Of a stretch of DNA of 59,466 nt, positions 1-9,651 are shown piece by piece (within the stretch, counting starts at the first letter, position 1; every line of letters begins with the position of its first letter). This stretch comes from Spirochaetales bacterium Spiro_03 (lineage in GTDB: Bacteria > Spirochaetota > Spirochaetia > Sphaerochaetales > Sphaerochaetaceae). The notes under the pieces are model-generated. The model was not told the DNA's origin. It did no database searches and saw only the letters and a program-made list of their open reading frames with translations. The position numbers and the translations under genes are program-made. The stretch is taken from the NCBI GenBank assembly GCA_001603105.1, contig LVBE01000036.1:1-59466 (forward strand). The letters are read 5' to 3'.

Positions 1-2042
1 ATCTCAGCCTCGCCAAGGTCAAAAGCCAGGGTCACCGTATTGCCTTCATGCTCGACCGACGGCATCGAGCCGTTACCGGCAAAGTAGCTGGGCCGGCCGC
101 TGCCGAAGGGAGCCCACTCTCCGGGGTGGTTGATCCACAGCTGGGTATCGGGGTCGCCGACCATCAGCTGCACCAAGTGCTCCTGTAGCCCCTTCGCCCC
201 TCGTTCGCTGCCACTGGCGCTGGCAAGGATGAACGACGGGCCTTTGGTGACCATAAGGCGCATTCGCCCGCCGAGGGCTGCCGAGGCAAAGCTCTGGATC
301 CGGTCTACGTGGTAGAGATCGCATACCGAGGGGGGCGGTTCATAGTCAGAGAGGGCGAAGAGGGTGGTCGCAAAGCTGTGGTGGTTGAGATAGCCGCTGC
401 CAAAGGCGATGAAGTTGATCGCCGCCGCCTCCCCTACACGCCGTCCGATGAGGTTCTTGAAGTAGGTGCGCCCATAGGTCGAGGCCATCACCCCACCGAA
501 GCTGTTGACCGCTAGGATCTGGAACGTCTCATCGAGCGCCCTCCTGGCCAAAGATCTGATGTGTTGGTCATCGGCCCAGCGATGGAGGGCCAAGAGGGCG
601 ATCAGGTCGATGGGGATGTAGACCGATGAGTTCCACTCCTCGTAGCCGTTGGCAAAGAATCGCTCAAACCACGCCTCGATCAACACCTTTGCCCGCTCTG
701 AGTGCTCGCGCGCCGTCCGTCTGCTGTTGGTGAAGATCTCGTTGTCAAAGAGGGCGGCGGCCAACAGCTGCGCCGTATGGAAGTTGATCGCGTGGTTCTC
801 GCTGAAAAACCACATCACATCGTTGCCTGGCTCATCGTACCAGTAGCGGTAGGAGAGCAGCACACCCTTCATGCGTAGCATCAAAGCCTCAGAGAAGAGC
901 GGCTGCTCCAAGCCCAGATGGTAGGCCCAGATGAGGGCGGCGAGGCGGAAATCCGAACAGTCGTAGCGCTGCTCGATGCGGTTCAGCTCATCAAGGATGA
1001 TCGGCTCCCACATAGCTGTACTGGAGCCAAGGAGGGCCAGAACAAGGGCTCGCTGCAGCGAATCGGGGCTGTGCAGGGCGATGAAGGCCAACGCTTGGCG
1101 CTTACGCTCAAAAATGGTGGCCTTGGGCTGCTGTAGCACAGAGCGGTCATAGTACTCAAACTCAAGGCTCTTGGTGAGAGCCACAGAGTCGACGCTGATC
1201 GTAAGGCTCAGGCGCGCCATGCCAACATGGCCGACAAAGGGGTCGGCTATGGTGATGGTGCGCTCTCCGGCTTCGATCATCACCGTCTGTGCGCCGCTCA
1301 TCCGAGGCAGGTGTGCATCACTGAGCGCCCAGCTGAGCGTGCAGGCACTGGACTCTGACAGGGCGTGCTGTGTAACGAGGCGCAAAGGCGTTGATCCATC
1401 GTAGTTGAAGCGCTCGGTGGCAAGCGAGGCGAGAAAGCGCGCCGCATCCGCTGTGCGTTCACCATCGACCTCGGCTGCGAGGCCAACAGTCAGCGCCTCT
1501 TTTCCATCTACGTACTGGATACTGACCGATAACAGACTGTCGCGCTCGGCTAGATCGTCGGCGGTGATGACTAGGCGCTGAGGCTGCTCAGTCACCAAGA
1601 CGTTGAGGCAGTGGCACGTGACCTGATTGCGCAGATACGAGCCAAAGCGCAGGACTTGGACAGACCCATAGCACACATCCAAGGCACTTGCGCTCTTGAT
1701 GCACAGCGTTGCCTCGAATGGCGATTGTGCACTGAGATCGAAGGCGACGGAGAAGCGTACCGCTGTTGGCTGCTTGAAGAAGGCGCTGTACTCAACGCCC
1801 CTGCTCTCAAGGGGCCAGTGCACCGTATATGGGCCACTTGCCTCGCCCAGGTGCTCAATGTTGCCTACCATCGCAGCATACTGAGCTCGGACAGGGGAGA
1901 TGACCTGCTGCCAGGGCACCGACCCCTGATAATCAAGGTCATACGCAGCAGCCTCTGCCTCATAGAGGCGCTCTGTAAGAGCGGTAGATAAGACGATGGG
2001 GATCGGCTCTCCGACTTGCACCTGGTAGTGGTAGCTCATCAT
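1..2042 (-). CDS. Uncharacterised 'FFSENH' protein, paralogue of 2039-4423; 3' end runs off the window
   Basis: Absent from the ORF track because there is no stop in the window. Hand translation from ATG 2042 (or 2039; ATGA overlap with the upstream stop) is open to base 1: MMSYHYQVQVGEP...RIEQRYDCSDFR...YRYWYDEPGNDVMWFFSENHA...GYEEWNSSVYIP...QEHL...WINHPGE...RPSYFAGNG. Confidence 0.9.
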   Translation of the reverse strand, partial: MMSYHYQVQVGEPIPIVLSTALTERLYEAEAAAYDLDYQGSVPWQQVISPVRAQYAAMVGNIEHLGEASGPYTVHWPLESRGVEYSAFFKQPTAVRFSVAFDLSAQSPFEATLCIKSASALDVCYGSVQVLRFGSYLRNQVTCHCLNVLVTEQPQRLVITADDLAERDSLLSVSIQYVDGKEALTVGLAAEVDGERTADAARFLASLATERFNYDGSTPLRLVTQHALSESSACTLSWALSDAHLPRMSGAQTVMIEAGERTITIADPFVGHVGMARLSLTISVDSVALTKSLEFEYYDRSVLQQPKATIFERKRQALAFIALHSPDSLQRALVLALLGSSTAMWEPIILDELNRIEQRYDCSDFRLAALIWAYHLGLEQPLFSEALMLRMKGVLLSYRYWYDEPGNDVMWFFSENHAINFHTAQLLAAALFDNEIFTNSRRTAREHSERAKVLIEAWFERFFANGYEEWNSSVYIPIDLIALLALHRWADDQHIRSLARRALDETFQILAVNSFGGVMASTYGRTYFKNLIGRRVGEAAAINFIAFGSGYLNHHSFATTLFALSDYEPPPSVCDLYHVDRIQSFASAALGGRMRLMVTKGPSFILASASGSERGAKGLQEHLVQLMVGDPDTQLWINHPGEWAPFGSGRPSYFAGNGSMPSVEHEGNTVTLAFDLGEAE

Positions 2043-4423
2043 CCCCTCTCCTCTCCGTCTACCGGCTCCATCGCCTCATAGGAGGTCGGTCCCCACTGCC
2101 AGTCATCGATGACTACGCGCGTCGGCTCGATGGTCGGCTCCACGGTCTCGATGAAGGAGACAAACTCTTGCCAACTGCAGTCAGATGTCGTGGCGATGCG
2201 CACATACCACGTGTTGGTGATGCCTACGCTGGTCAGCTCCCGGCCCTTGAGCGAGGGGGCTCGCTCGCCGTCCAGCCCATTGGCGACCCAGATGCCCACA
2301 TAACAGCCCTGTCGTGCGCCCACCAGCGTCCTCGGTCCTCGGCGCACCTCATCGAAGGCATCCAGGTCTATGATGAGGTGGGTGAAGTCCGCTTCGACCA
2401 AGGGGAGGATGGCACGTGCGTAGCGGTAGGTAATGAGGGCCGAGCTTGCATGCTGGCTGACCTTTGGGGTCAGGGCATTGCCGGTAAAGTAGCCTGGTCG
2501 ACGGGTGCCGAAGACCTTCAGCTCACCGGGATGGTTGATCCACAGCCGCCCTTGCCAATCACCGACCACTAGGTTGAAGAGGTGCTCCTGTGACCCAGCT
2601 CGCCCTTCGCGAGGAGAGGATGAGGTGGCGAGGATGAAGTCCTTGTTCTTGCACACGACGGTAGAGACCGCCCAGGTTCCCTGGGTGCGTCGATCCTCAA
2701 AGAGGGCGCTCTCTTGCCAGCAGGCGATCGCTTGCAAGTGCTCAGGCGGCTCATAGGGGCAGAGGGCCAGCAGCAGGGCCGCCGAACCGATCGCCGGCTT
2801 GCCGGCTCCCCAGGCGATGTAGGTAAGGCCGTTGGCAAGCTGGACGCGCGAGCCGAGCAGGTCACGGGCGTAGACGCGACCGCTGGCGCCGCTGAGCATG
2901 CCTCGGTGGCACATCACGGCAAAGAGGGTGAAGGTGTAATCCAGCGCCTGGCGGGCCAGATCACGAATCTGTGGATCGGAGGCGAGGGAGAGGAGGATGA
3001 GGTAGCTCTCCACCTCCACGGGAATGTAGTTGGCTGAGTTCCACTCGTTGTAGCCGCTCTTCAAGAGCTTATCAAACCACTGTACGAGCAGGACCTTTGC
3101 CTTTTGTTGTTGTTCGAGGCCGCTCATGTTGCTATTGGTGAAGGTGCGGGCAGCAAAGAGCTGGCCACTGATCAGGGCGGCGGTGTGGAACGCAAGGGCA
3201 TGGTTCTCACTGAAAAACCACATCGCGTCATTGCCTGGCTCATCGTACCAGTAGCGAAAGTTCAGCAACGCCTGCTCAAGGCGCTTCTTCAGCGCCGCCG
3301 GCAGAGCATCGGCATGTCGGGCAAGGATCCAGGCAAAGCGCTCGGCCCTGAAGTCGGCGCAGTCGCTGCGCTGTTCTACTCGGACCAAGTCAGCCTCGAT
3401 CGCCTCAGCCTCGATGGCACGGCCAAGAGCTAGCGATGCGATCTCACGGTCAAGGCCGGCTTCGCTGTGCTGAAGGAAGAAGGGGATGTAGAGAGCTTTG
3501 CGCCCGCTGACGCTCTTCTCGCTACCCACCTCGATCGAGGCGGGGTAGACTTCGACAAAGAGTGATGAGGACAGGGTGATGGATGAGACGGTCGCAGAGA
3601 TCTCCACCTGATGACCACCGAGGCCGAGCTCTTCTGGGCTGCACCACACAATGGAGCGCGCGCCCTCGGCCACGCCAAGAAGCCACGTTCGCTGACCGGC
3701 CTTGACGGTGAGGGAGAACGAGCAAGGGGCGCTCGCCTCACAGCGGAAGGTGAGCATTCCATCGCTGTAGCTGAGCCGTTCAAGGTGGAGCGCCTGTACA
3801 TACGACTGCAGTGCATCAAGGCGCACTCGGTCGACAGAGACGGGAAGCGAGCACAGCAGGCGCTCTTGTCGGCTGCGAAGGGCGAACTTGAGCAGGATAT
3901 TGCGCTCTCCGTAGTCGCAGCAGCCGACGATCAGCTCGTTATCGCCCTTCTCAAGGCTTACGGTGAAGACCATCGATGCTTCGATGTTGGACTGCCACGG
4001 AGAGAAGGTCACTACCACAGCGCCGTTACACCACACCTTGGCCGCCCCGCAGGCGATGATCTCAAGATCGACGAGCCGCTTTCGATCGCTGTGCACGGTG
4101 GTGCGCCCATAGAAGCGCAGCTCGGTCGGATAGATCCACATACCCGAAAAATCGACTCGATCGGTATCCAAGGGCCAATAGATCTGATCCATCGTCGAAG
4201 CGGGCGGATGCGGGTCACTTAAGAAGGTGGTGTGGGCCACAAAGTGTGCCTTCGCTGTAGAGACGAGCTCCTTGCCTTCTCGATCCTTGGTAGAGAAACC
4301 AGGGTAGTAGGATTCGATCACCATCGGCTCGAGTGGGGCGTGCCATGGCTTTTCCAACACGCTACTGACCATCCAGTAGCGGATGAAGGAGGAGGGCTCG
4401 ACTGTATAGGAGAGCTGCTGCAT
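2039..4423 (-). CDS. Uncharacterised 794-aa 'FFSENH' protein, putative carbohydrate-active enzyme
   Basis: ORF 2039-4525 trimmed to ATG 4423 (MQQLSY), just after the permease stop at 4429. Motifs RSDCADFR, FRYWYDEPGNDAMWFFSENH, EWNS, WINHPGE, RPGYFTGN. The function is inferred only from operon context. Confidence 0.85.
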   Translation of the reverse strand: MQQLSYTVEPSSFIRYWMVSSVLEKPWHAPLEPMVIESYYPGFSTKDREGKELVSTAKAHFVAHTTFLSDPHPPASTMDQIYWPLDTDRVDFSGMWIYPTELRFYGRTTVHSDRKRLVDLEIIACGAAKVWCNGAVVVTFSPWQSNIEASMVFTVSLEKGDNELIVGCCDYGERNILLKFALRSRQERLLCSLPVSVDRVRLDALQSYVQALHLERLSYSDGMLTFRCEASAPCSFSLTVKAGQRTWLLGVAEGARSIVWCSPEELGLGGHQVEISATVSSITLSSSLFVEVYPASIEVGSEKSVSGRKALYIPFFLQHSEAGLDREIASLALGRAIEAEAIEADLVRVEQRSDCADFRAERFAWILARHADALPAALKKRLEQALLNFRYWYDEPGNDAMWFFSENHALAFHTAALISGQLFAARTFTNSNMSGLEQQQKAKVLLVQWFDKLLKSGYNEWNSANYIPVEVESYLILLSLASDPQIRDLARQALDYTFTLFAVMCHRGMLSGASGRVYARDLLGSRVQLANGLTYIAWGAGKPAIGSAALLLALCPYEPPEHLQAIACWQESALFEDRRTQGTWAVSTVVCKNKDFILATSSSPREGRAGSQEHLFNLVVGDWQGRLWINHPGELKVFGTRRPGYFTGNALTPKVSQHASSALITYRYARAILPLVEADFTHLIIDLDAFDEVRRGPRTLVGARQGCYVGIWVANGLDGERAPSLKGRELTSVGITNTWYVRIATTSDCSWQEFVSFIETVEPTIEPTRVVIDDWQWGPTSYEAMEPVDGEERG

Positions 4424-4428
4424 ACCCA

Positions 4429-5295
4429 CTATCCTTTGACGCTGCCGATCATCACCCCGTCGCGGAAGTACTTCTGTACGAACGGGTAGATGACGAGCAT
4501 CGGGATCATCGTGAAAACGATACACGCCGACTTGAAATTCTCCGGCGTGATCTGCGTCACGATGCCGGATTCGTAGGGGATGCTGATGATGTCAAGCATC
4601 AGTTTGAGCTTGTACTGCAGGGTGTAGAGCTTCGGGTCCTGGATGAAGAGGATGATGTCGCTGACGGTGTTCCACCGCTCTACGGCGTAGAACATCGAAA
4701 GCGTCATGATCGCAGCCTTGGAGAGCGGCAGCGTGATCGACCAGAGGGCACGGAACTCCGAGCACCCATCCATATAGGCGGCCTCATAGAGGCTGATGTT
4801 GATCGACGCGAAGAAGGTGCGCAGGATGATCAGGTTGAAGGCGCTGATCAAGCTCGGAAGCAGGAGCACCCAGATGGTATTCAAGAGCTTGAGGTCCTTG
4901 TAGAGGATGTAGGAGGGGATGACCCCTGCGCTGAAGTACATGGTGATGATGATCAGCATCATCAGAGCCTGCCGCCCTGGCAAGTGGGACTTCGAAAGCG
5001 GATAGGCGCCGAGGATCGTCGCCCCCATCGACAGGGTCAGCTGCAGGACCATCAAGAGAAAGGAGAAGATGAAGGCGCGCATCATGCTCGCGTCATTGAA
5101 GACCATCGAATATGCCTCGACGTTGAAGCCGATGGGCAACAGCCCCACCCGCCCGGTGAGGATGGCGTCCTTCTCGCTGAAGGAGAGGGCGAGGATGTTG
5201 AGGATCGGCAGCAGCGTCACCAAAATCACGAAGCCGAAGAGCAGGATCATCACGATCTGAAAGAGGCCAGTCTTGCGTTCGTAGATTGTTGACAT
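4429..5295 (-). CDS. Carbohydrate ABC transporter permease (YtcP/LplC type)
   Basis: Multiple TM helices, EAA loop (LYEAAYMDGC), C-terminal YPFVQKYF..GVMIGSVKG. Confidence 0.93.
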   Translation of the reverse strand: MSTIYERKTGLFQIVMILLFGFVILVTLLPILNILALSFSEKDAILTGRVGLLPIGFNVEAYSMVFNDASMMRAFIFSFLLMVLQLTLSMGATILGAYPLSKSHLPGRQALMMLIIITMYFSAGVIPSYILYKDLKLLNTIWVLLLPSLISAFNLIILRTFFASINISLYEAAYMDGCSEFRALWSITLPLSKAAIMTLSMFYAVERWNTVSDIILFIQDPKLYTLQYKLKLMLDIISIPYESGIVTQITPENFKSACIVFTMIPMLVIYPFVQKYFRDGVMIGSVKG

Positions 5296-6221
5296 CAGAA
5301 GAGGCCCTCCTCGCCCAGGCGCTTGGCCAAGGTGTTGGCGACCAGGACCATGAGCAGACCCACCACCGATTGGAAGAGCCCCACGGCGGTGGCGTAGTCA
5401 TACATCCCTGCCTGCAGTCCCATCCGATAGACGTAGACGCTGATGACCAGCGATGCATCATCGACGAGCACGTTGCTCAATAGGTATGGTCGCTCAAAGC
5501 CGATGGCAAGGATCTTGCCGACGTTCATGATGACCATCGTCACGATCGTCGGCTTCAGCTGTGGCAGCGTCACATGCCAGATCCGCCCAAAGCGCCCTGC
5601 CCCATCGATGTAGGCACTGTCATAGAGCTCGCGGTTGATACCTCCCATCGCCGCAAGGTAGATGATCATCCCGTAGCCGGCCCCCATCCAGATCGATGCG
5701 ATCCAGTACGTCAGACGCCAAGTCCCCGGCCTGGTCAAGAACGGAATTGGCTGGCTGCCGCCCACCTTCGCCCAGATGACATTGAGTACCCCGGTCGGGG
5801 AGAAGACCTGGTAGACGATGCCGGCGATGATCACCATCGAAAGGAAGTGGGGCAGGTACATGATCCGCTCGACATTGCGGCCAAAGCCCTTGAACTTCAG
5901 CTCCCCGAGCAGGATCGCCAAGATGATGGGGACCGGGAAGGTGAAGAAGAGGTCTCCGAGGTTGAGGATGATGGTATTGCGCAGTGCGACAAAGAAGCCG
6001 GGAGTTGAGAAGACACGAACAAAGTGCTTCATCCCCACCCACGGACTGCCCTTCAGTCCCAAGAAGATATTGTAATCCTTGAAGGCGGCGGCGATGCCAT
6101 ACATCGGCCCATACTTGAAGAGGATGAAGTAGGAAATGGGGATGGCCAACATCACATACAGCGATGCATTGCGCTTCATGATGCTCTTGGTGAGTGCGCT
6201 TCTTTTGGCTTTCTGCTTCAC
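5295..6221 (-). CDS. Carbohydrate ABC transporter permease (YteP/LplB type)
   Basis: FKYGPMYG, SPWVG, YLPHFLS, ELYDSAYIDGA, ATAVGLFQSVVG motifs. Confidence 0.93.
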   Translation of the reverse strand: MKQKAKRSALTKSIMKRNASLYVMLAIPISYFILFKYGPMYGIAAAFKDYNIFLGLKGSPWVGMKHFVRVFSTPGFFVALRNTIILNLGDLFFTFPVPIILAILLGELKFKGFGRNVERIMYLPHFLSMVIIAGIVYQVFSPTGVLNVIWAKVGGSQPIPFLTRPGTWRLTYWIASIWMGAGYGMIIYLAAMGGINRELYDSAYIDGAGRFGRIWHVTLPQLKPTIVTMVIMNVGKILAIGFERPYLLSNVLVDDASLVISVYVYRMGLQAGMYDYATAVGLFQSVVGLLMVLVANTLAKRLGEEGLF

Positions 6222-6238
6222 CGCTTTCTCCTATGCGC

Positions 6239-7330
6239 TCAGAAGAGACCGCTCTCTTCTGCTATCTTGCTCTCGATCAAGGCAAGCATCGCCAAGGCCT
6301 GCCCATACTGCATCGGCTCCAGACGGATGGTGCGATAGTGCTCCAACGTCAAGCCGACGTTGGTGCCGTATGAGACATCGCCGAGCCGGCCCTGCTCATC
6401 GATGCGGCTGATGATCGCCTTCAACGCCCGCTCGGCCACCGCCCGATAGGATGGGCTCAGCAGTCCTTGCGCCATCGCCTGATAGTATCCGAAGCAGAAC
6501 CCCGCAGAAGCCGACGCCTCCAGGTACGAGGAGGGGTCGTCGATGAGGGTGTGCCAGAGCCCGCTCTCATCCTGGTAGCGCTCAAGGCTCTCCAGCTGGC
6601 GAGTCAACAGAGCGGTAAGGAACTTTGCCAACGGCGCATCGCACTCGACGATGGCCAAAAACTCGGGGATGAAGATCGTAATCCACGCATTGCCTCGACC
6701 CCACAGCGCCTTGGCGAAGTTGTCATTGCGCTCATAGCTCCAGGCGTGGTAGAAGAGGCCGCTTGATGTATCGCTGAGGTAGTGCAGGTGCAGCAGCACC
6801 TGGTAGATCGCCTCATCGCGGTAGAGCTGGCTGTCAAAGAGCACGCTCGCCTTGGCCAGAAAGAGGACGGTCATCAACAGGGTGTCGTCCCACAGTTCAC
6901 CGGGATTCTCCAGCTCGGCATGGCGATGCTGCAGCCCATCTTCCCTGGTGCGGTCCATGGCATGGACGATCCAGTCGGCCCACTCCATCATGATGGTACG
7001 ATACGCCTCTTTTGGGCGTCTCTCGTACAGAAAGGAGAGCGTCAACAGCGGGGCGACGGTATTGACCGTCTTCTGTGGCAGCCCGAAGGCGATGCGGCTA
7101 TCGTACCACTGTTCCAGGTAATCGAGGATCGACTCATCACCGTTGTAGACGTACTGTTTGTAGATTCCGTACAACCCTACCCCATGAGGCCAATCCCACA
7201 GAGCGAGGCGTTCTGCCTCCAGACGGCTTCTTCCCAGTGACAACAAGTTATCGATGTACGCTTCATCGCTCTTGTACAAGAACTTCTTGAGGTTCTGTTC
7301 CAATCGTCCCAACGCCGCATCCCGGTCCAT
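6239..7330 (-). CDS. GH105 (GH88/105) unsaturated rhamnogalacturonyl hydrolase, YteR-like
   Basis: WDWPHGVGLYG, LWDDTLLM, WGRGNAW, SGLWHT, YLEASAS, YGQAL. Start moved to ATG 7330, which has a GGAGG RBS. Confidence 0.9.
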   Translation of the reverse strand: MDRDAALGRLEQNLKKFLYKSDEAYIDNLLSLGRSRLEAERLALWDWPHGVGLYGIYKQYVYNGDESILDYLEQWYDSRIAFGLPQKTVNTVAPLLTLSFLYERRPKEAYRTIMMEWADWIVHAMDRTREDGLQHRHAELENPGELWDDTLLMTVLFLAKASVLFDSQLYRDEAIYQVLLHLHYLSDTSSGLFYHAWSYERNDNFAKALWGRGNAWITIFIPEFLAIVECDAPLAKFLTALLTRQLESLERYQDESGLWHTLIDDPSSYLEASASAGFCFGYYQAMAQGLLSPSYRAVAERALKAIISRIDEQGRLGDVSYGTNVGLTLEHYRTIRLEPMQYGQALAMLALIESKIAEESGLF

Positions 7331-7376
7331 GAGCCCTCCGTCCGTACATCGTTGGCATGTAAAGGTTGCCAGATGT

Positions 7377-7392
7377 TTTAACACGTGTTAAA
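7377..7392. promoter_or_regulatory. Perfect 16-bp palindrome TTTAACACGTGTTAAA, probable repressor operator (LacI-like)
   Basis: Exact dyad with a central CG, in the AT-rich divergent intergenic region upstream of the GH105 operon. Confidence 0.7.
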
Positions 7393-7420
7393 TTAAGTAC
7401 AGTTGCATTGTACCGCGCTT

Positions 7421-7436
7421 TTTAACACCTGTAAAG
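7421..7436. promoter_or_regulatory. Second, imperfect operator copy TTTAACACCTGTAAAG
   Basis: 13/16 identical to 7377-7392 and offset by 44 bp. Confidence 0.6.
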
Positions 7437-7479
7437 GATAATTTTTCTGTGACCATAAGGTGGCACTCAACGAGGGAAT

Positions 7480-8727
7480 ATGGATTGTCCACAACTGTTG
7501 ATCATCAGCATCGATGCCTTGCTTCATGCAGATCTTGCCGACTGCTCGCGCCTGCCACACATCGCATCGATCATCGCCGAAGGCTCGATGGTCGAATCGA
7601 TGCACTCGATTTATCCGTCGCTCACCCACCCCGCCCATGCATCGATCATCAGTGGAAGGCCTCCATCGCAGACCGGTGTGTGGTCCAACACCCACTTTCG
7701 CCCGTTTGCCAAGAGTGTGCGGTGGTTCAATCGCCTCGCTGAGGTGCGCTGTCCGACGATCCTCCACCAGGCAAAGGAGCGCGGCCTGTCAACAGCAGCG
7801 TGCCGCTGGCCCCTTACTGCCGAAGGGTGGCCGACCATCGACTACCTGGTACCTGAGGTGACAGGCGATGAGATCGAGCACAGCGGGATGGAGTGTCTGC
7901 TCAAAGCATCGTGTTCGCCCTCAGTGTGGCCGCTCGTGGCCGAGCACATGCATCTGCTCGATGGCAAGCGCCAGCCGAATGAGGATTACTTCTCCACCGC
8001 CCTCGCCGCCGCCATCATCGAGCGACACAGGCCAAACCTGGTCTTGACCCACCCTGCCTGCGTTGATTCGGCTCGTCACCACACCGGTCTTTTCTCAGAG
8101 GCGGTCGACCAGGCATTGGTCCACGTCGATGCCATGGTCGGCCAGCTCATTGCCTCAGGGCCTACCAACATCATCATCCTTGGCGACCATGGCCACCTGC
8201 CCGTCGATCGGGCCATTGCATTGAACGTCCGCCTCAGAGACGCTGGCTTGATCACCGCAGCCGAAGATGGATCGATCCTCTCCTTTGATGCATGGGCACA
8301 CGCCAATGGCCTCAGCGCTCACCTGTACCTGGCCGATAGAGCCGATTATGCGCTCCACAGGAAGGTCGAGCTACTGCTCCGAGGGTGGATGGAGGAGGGC
8401 GATAGCGGTATCGGGGCCTTCTTCACCACAGCCCTTGCCAAGCAGCGCTACGGCCTCGATGGCCCCTTCTCCTTCGTCATCGAAGGTGACGGGCATAGTG
8501 AATTTGTCGATGATGTGCTCGCAGTGGCCGTTCGTCCCTACAAAAGTCCGCGTTCTGGTCACGGCCACCTTCCTTCTTTGGGCCATCAGCCACCGCTTTT
8601 GTGCGTAGGGCCGGCCTTCAAAAGCCAGATTCGCCTCAGCAGAGGCTCAATCCTTGATGTTGCGCCTCTGGCAGCGGCGGTCCTGGGATTTGGTGATGGC
8701 GGGCCACTAGGCACATTGCTCAGGTAG
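7480..8727 (+). CDS. Alkaline-phosphatase superfamily nucleotide pyrophosphatase/phosphodiesterase
   Basis: ISIDAL, PSLTHPAHASIISG (Thr nucleophile), DSARH, GDHG, GHG metal motifs. Confidence 0.88.
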   Translation: MDCPQLLIISIDALLHADLADCSRLPHIASIIAEGSMVESMHSIYPSLTHPAHASIISGRPPSQTGVWSNTHFRPFAKSVRWFNRLAEVRCPTILHQAKERGLSTAACRWPLTAEGWPTIDYLVPEVTGDEIEHSGMECLLKASCSPSVWPLVAEHMHLLDGKRQPNEDYFSTALAAAIIERHRPNLVLTHPACVDSARHHTGLFSEAVDQALVHVDAMVGQLIASGPTNIIILGDHGHLPVDRAIALNVRLRDAGLITAAEDGSILSFDAWAHANGLSAHLYLADRADYALHRKVELLLRGWMEEGDSGIGAFFTTALAKQRYGLDGPFSFVIEGDGHSEFVDDVLAVAVRPYKSPRSGHGHLPSLGHQPPLLCVGPAFKSQIRLSRGSILDVAPLAAAVLGFGDGGPLGTLLR

Positions 8728-9460
8728 TGATGACTGTCCACTGCATCTGATCTGCCTTCTGTACCAATGAAGGTGAGGCGTCATTGGCCCGCAGCACTGC
8801 ATGCTCTGCCCAGTTGAGCATCGCTATGTCGCCTTCGCTGTTGCCGAAAGCGATGAAGGGGGTCCTAATGCCCGCTCTTTGGGCAAGACGGACCTTCGCT
8901 TCAGCATAGGGCAGGTCCTCGACCCTGCCTTCTGCGGCAATGATGGACACCGCCCGTATATCATTGAGTTCTACAAAGGCCTCGACGACAGAGCGGGGAC
9001 TTGCCGACACCACCACCGCTTGGCTGCATGCTTTGATGAGGGAGAGCATCACCGGGTCGAGACGGACAAAGAGGGCAAGGGTGACCTCGTTGTAAGAGAG
9101 GCGAAGCGTCGGGTCAGCGAAGGCTTCAAAGGCGTATGCACAGATGCGCTTCACCGTCTGAGGGGAGTGTGAGGCCATGTAGTTGGCGGTCAACTGATAG
9201 GCATCTACATAGTTGCCCTCTTTGAGGTACGTGCAATACTGGCGGAAGCGGCCCTCCTGTGCTGCAAACCGCGTTACATCCAGGGACCGAAGCATCGAAG
9301 CGGTGAGGTTCCACGCATCGGTGAGGTAGTATTCACCGAGTAGGGACAACAGGAAGGCCGTCTCTCCCAAATCCCCGTCAAAGAGCGTGCCATCCATGTC
9401 AAAGAGGGCATAGCCGACAGCGGCAGTGCATCGCATTTGAAGGTCCATCATCTGGTTCAT
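8720..9460 (-). CDS. HAD-family hydrolase (SerB-like, subfamily IB)
   Basis: FDMDGTL motif I, VSAS motif II, K, GNSEGD motif IV. Start is uncertain (9460 or slightly downstream). Confidence 0.8.
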   Translation of the reverse strand: MNQMMDLQMRCTAAVGYALFDMDGTLFDGDLGETAFLLSLLGEYYLTDAWNLTASMLRSLDVTRFAAQEGRFRQYCTYLKEGNYVDAYQLTANYMASHSPQTVKRICAYAFEAFADPTLRLSYNEVTLALFVRLDPVMLSLIKACSQAVVVSASPRSVVEAFVELNDIRAVSIIAAEGRVEDLPYAEAKVRLAQRAGIRTPFIAFGNSEGDIAMLNWAEHAVLRANDASPSLVQKADQMQWTVITT

Positions 9461-9651
9461 TACAAGGCAGTATGCCCAATGGCCAACAGGTTGGCAAGGA
9501 AAATAGTGATCACAATCTCGATGATTTGGCACAAAAGCCACTCCATTCTCTCACGCTCCCGATCGTGGTCCACTGCTATCAGGGCATCGAATGGAGCTTC
9601 TGCCTCTTCTCTGGTTGCAACAAAGAGAGTGATGAATTAGAGTGGTCAGAT

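Noticed and set aside
73-1991. Short ORFs listed by the track in the first 2 kb
   Set aside because: They are shadows of the long minus-strand frame 2042 to <1, which is clearly homologous to its neighbour.
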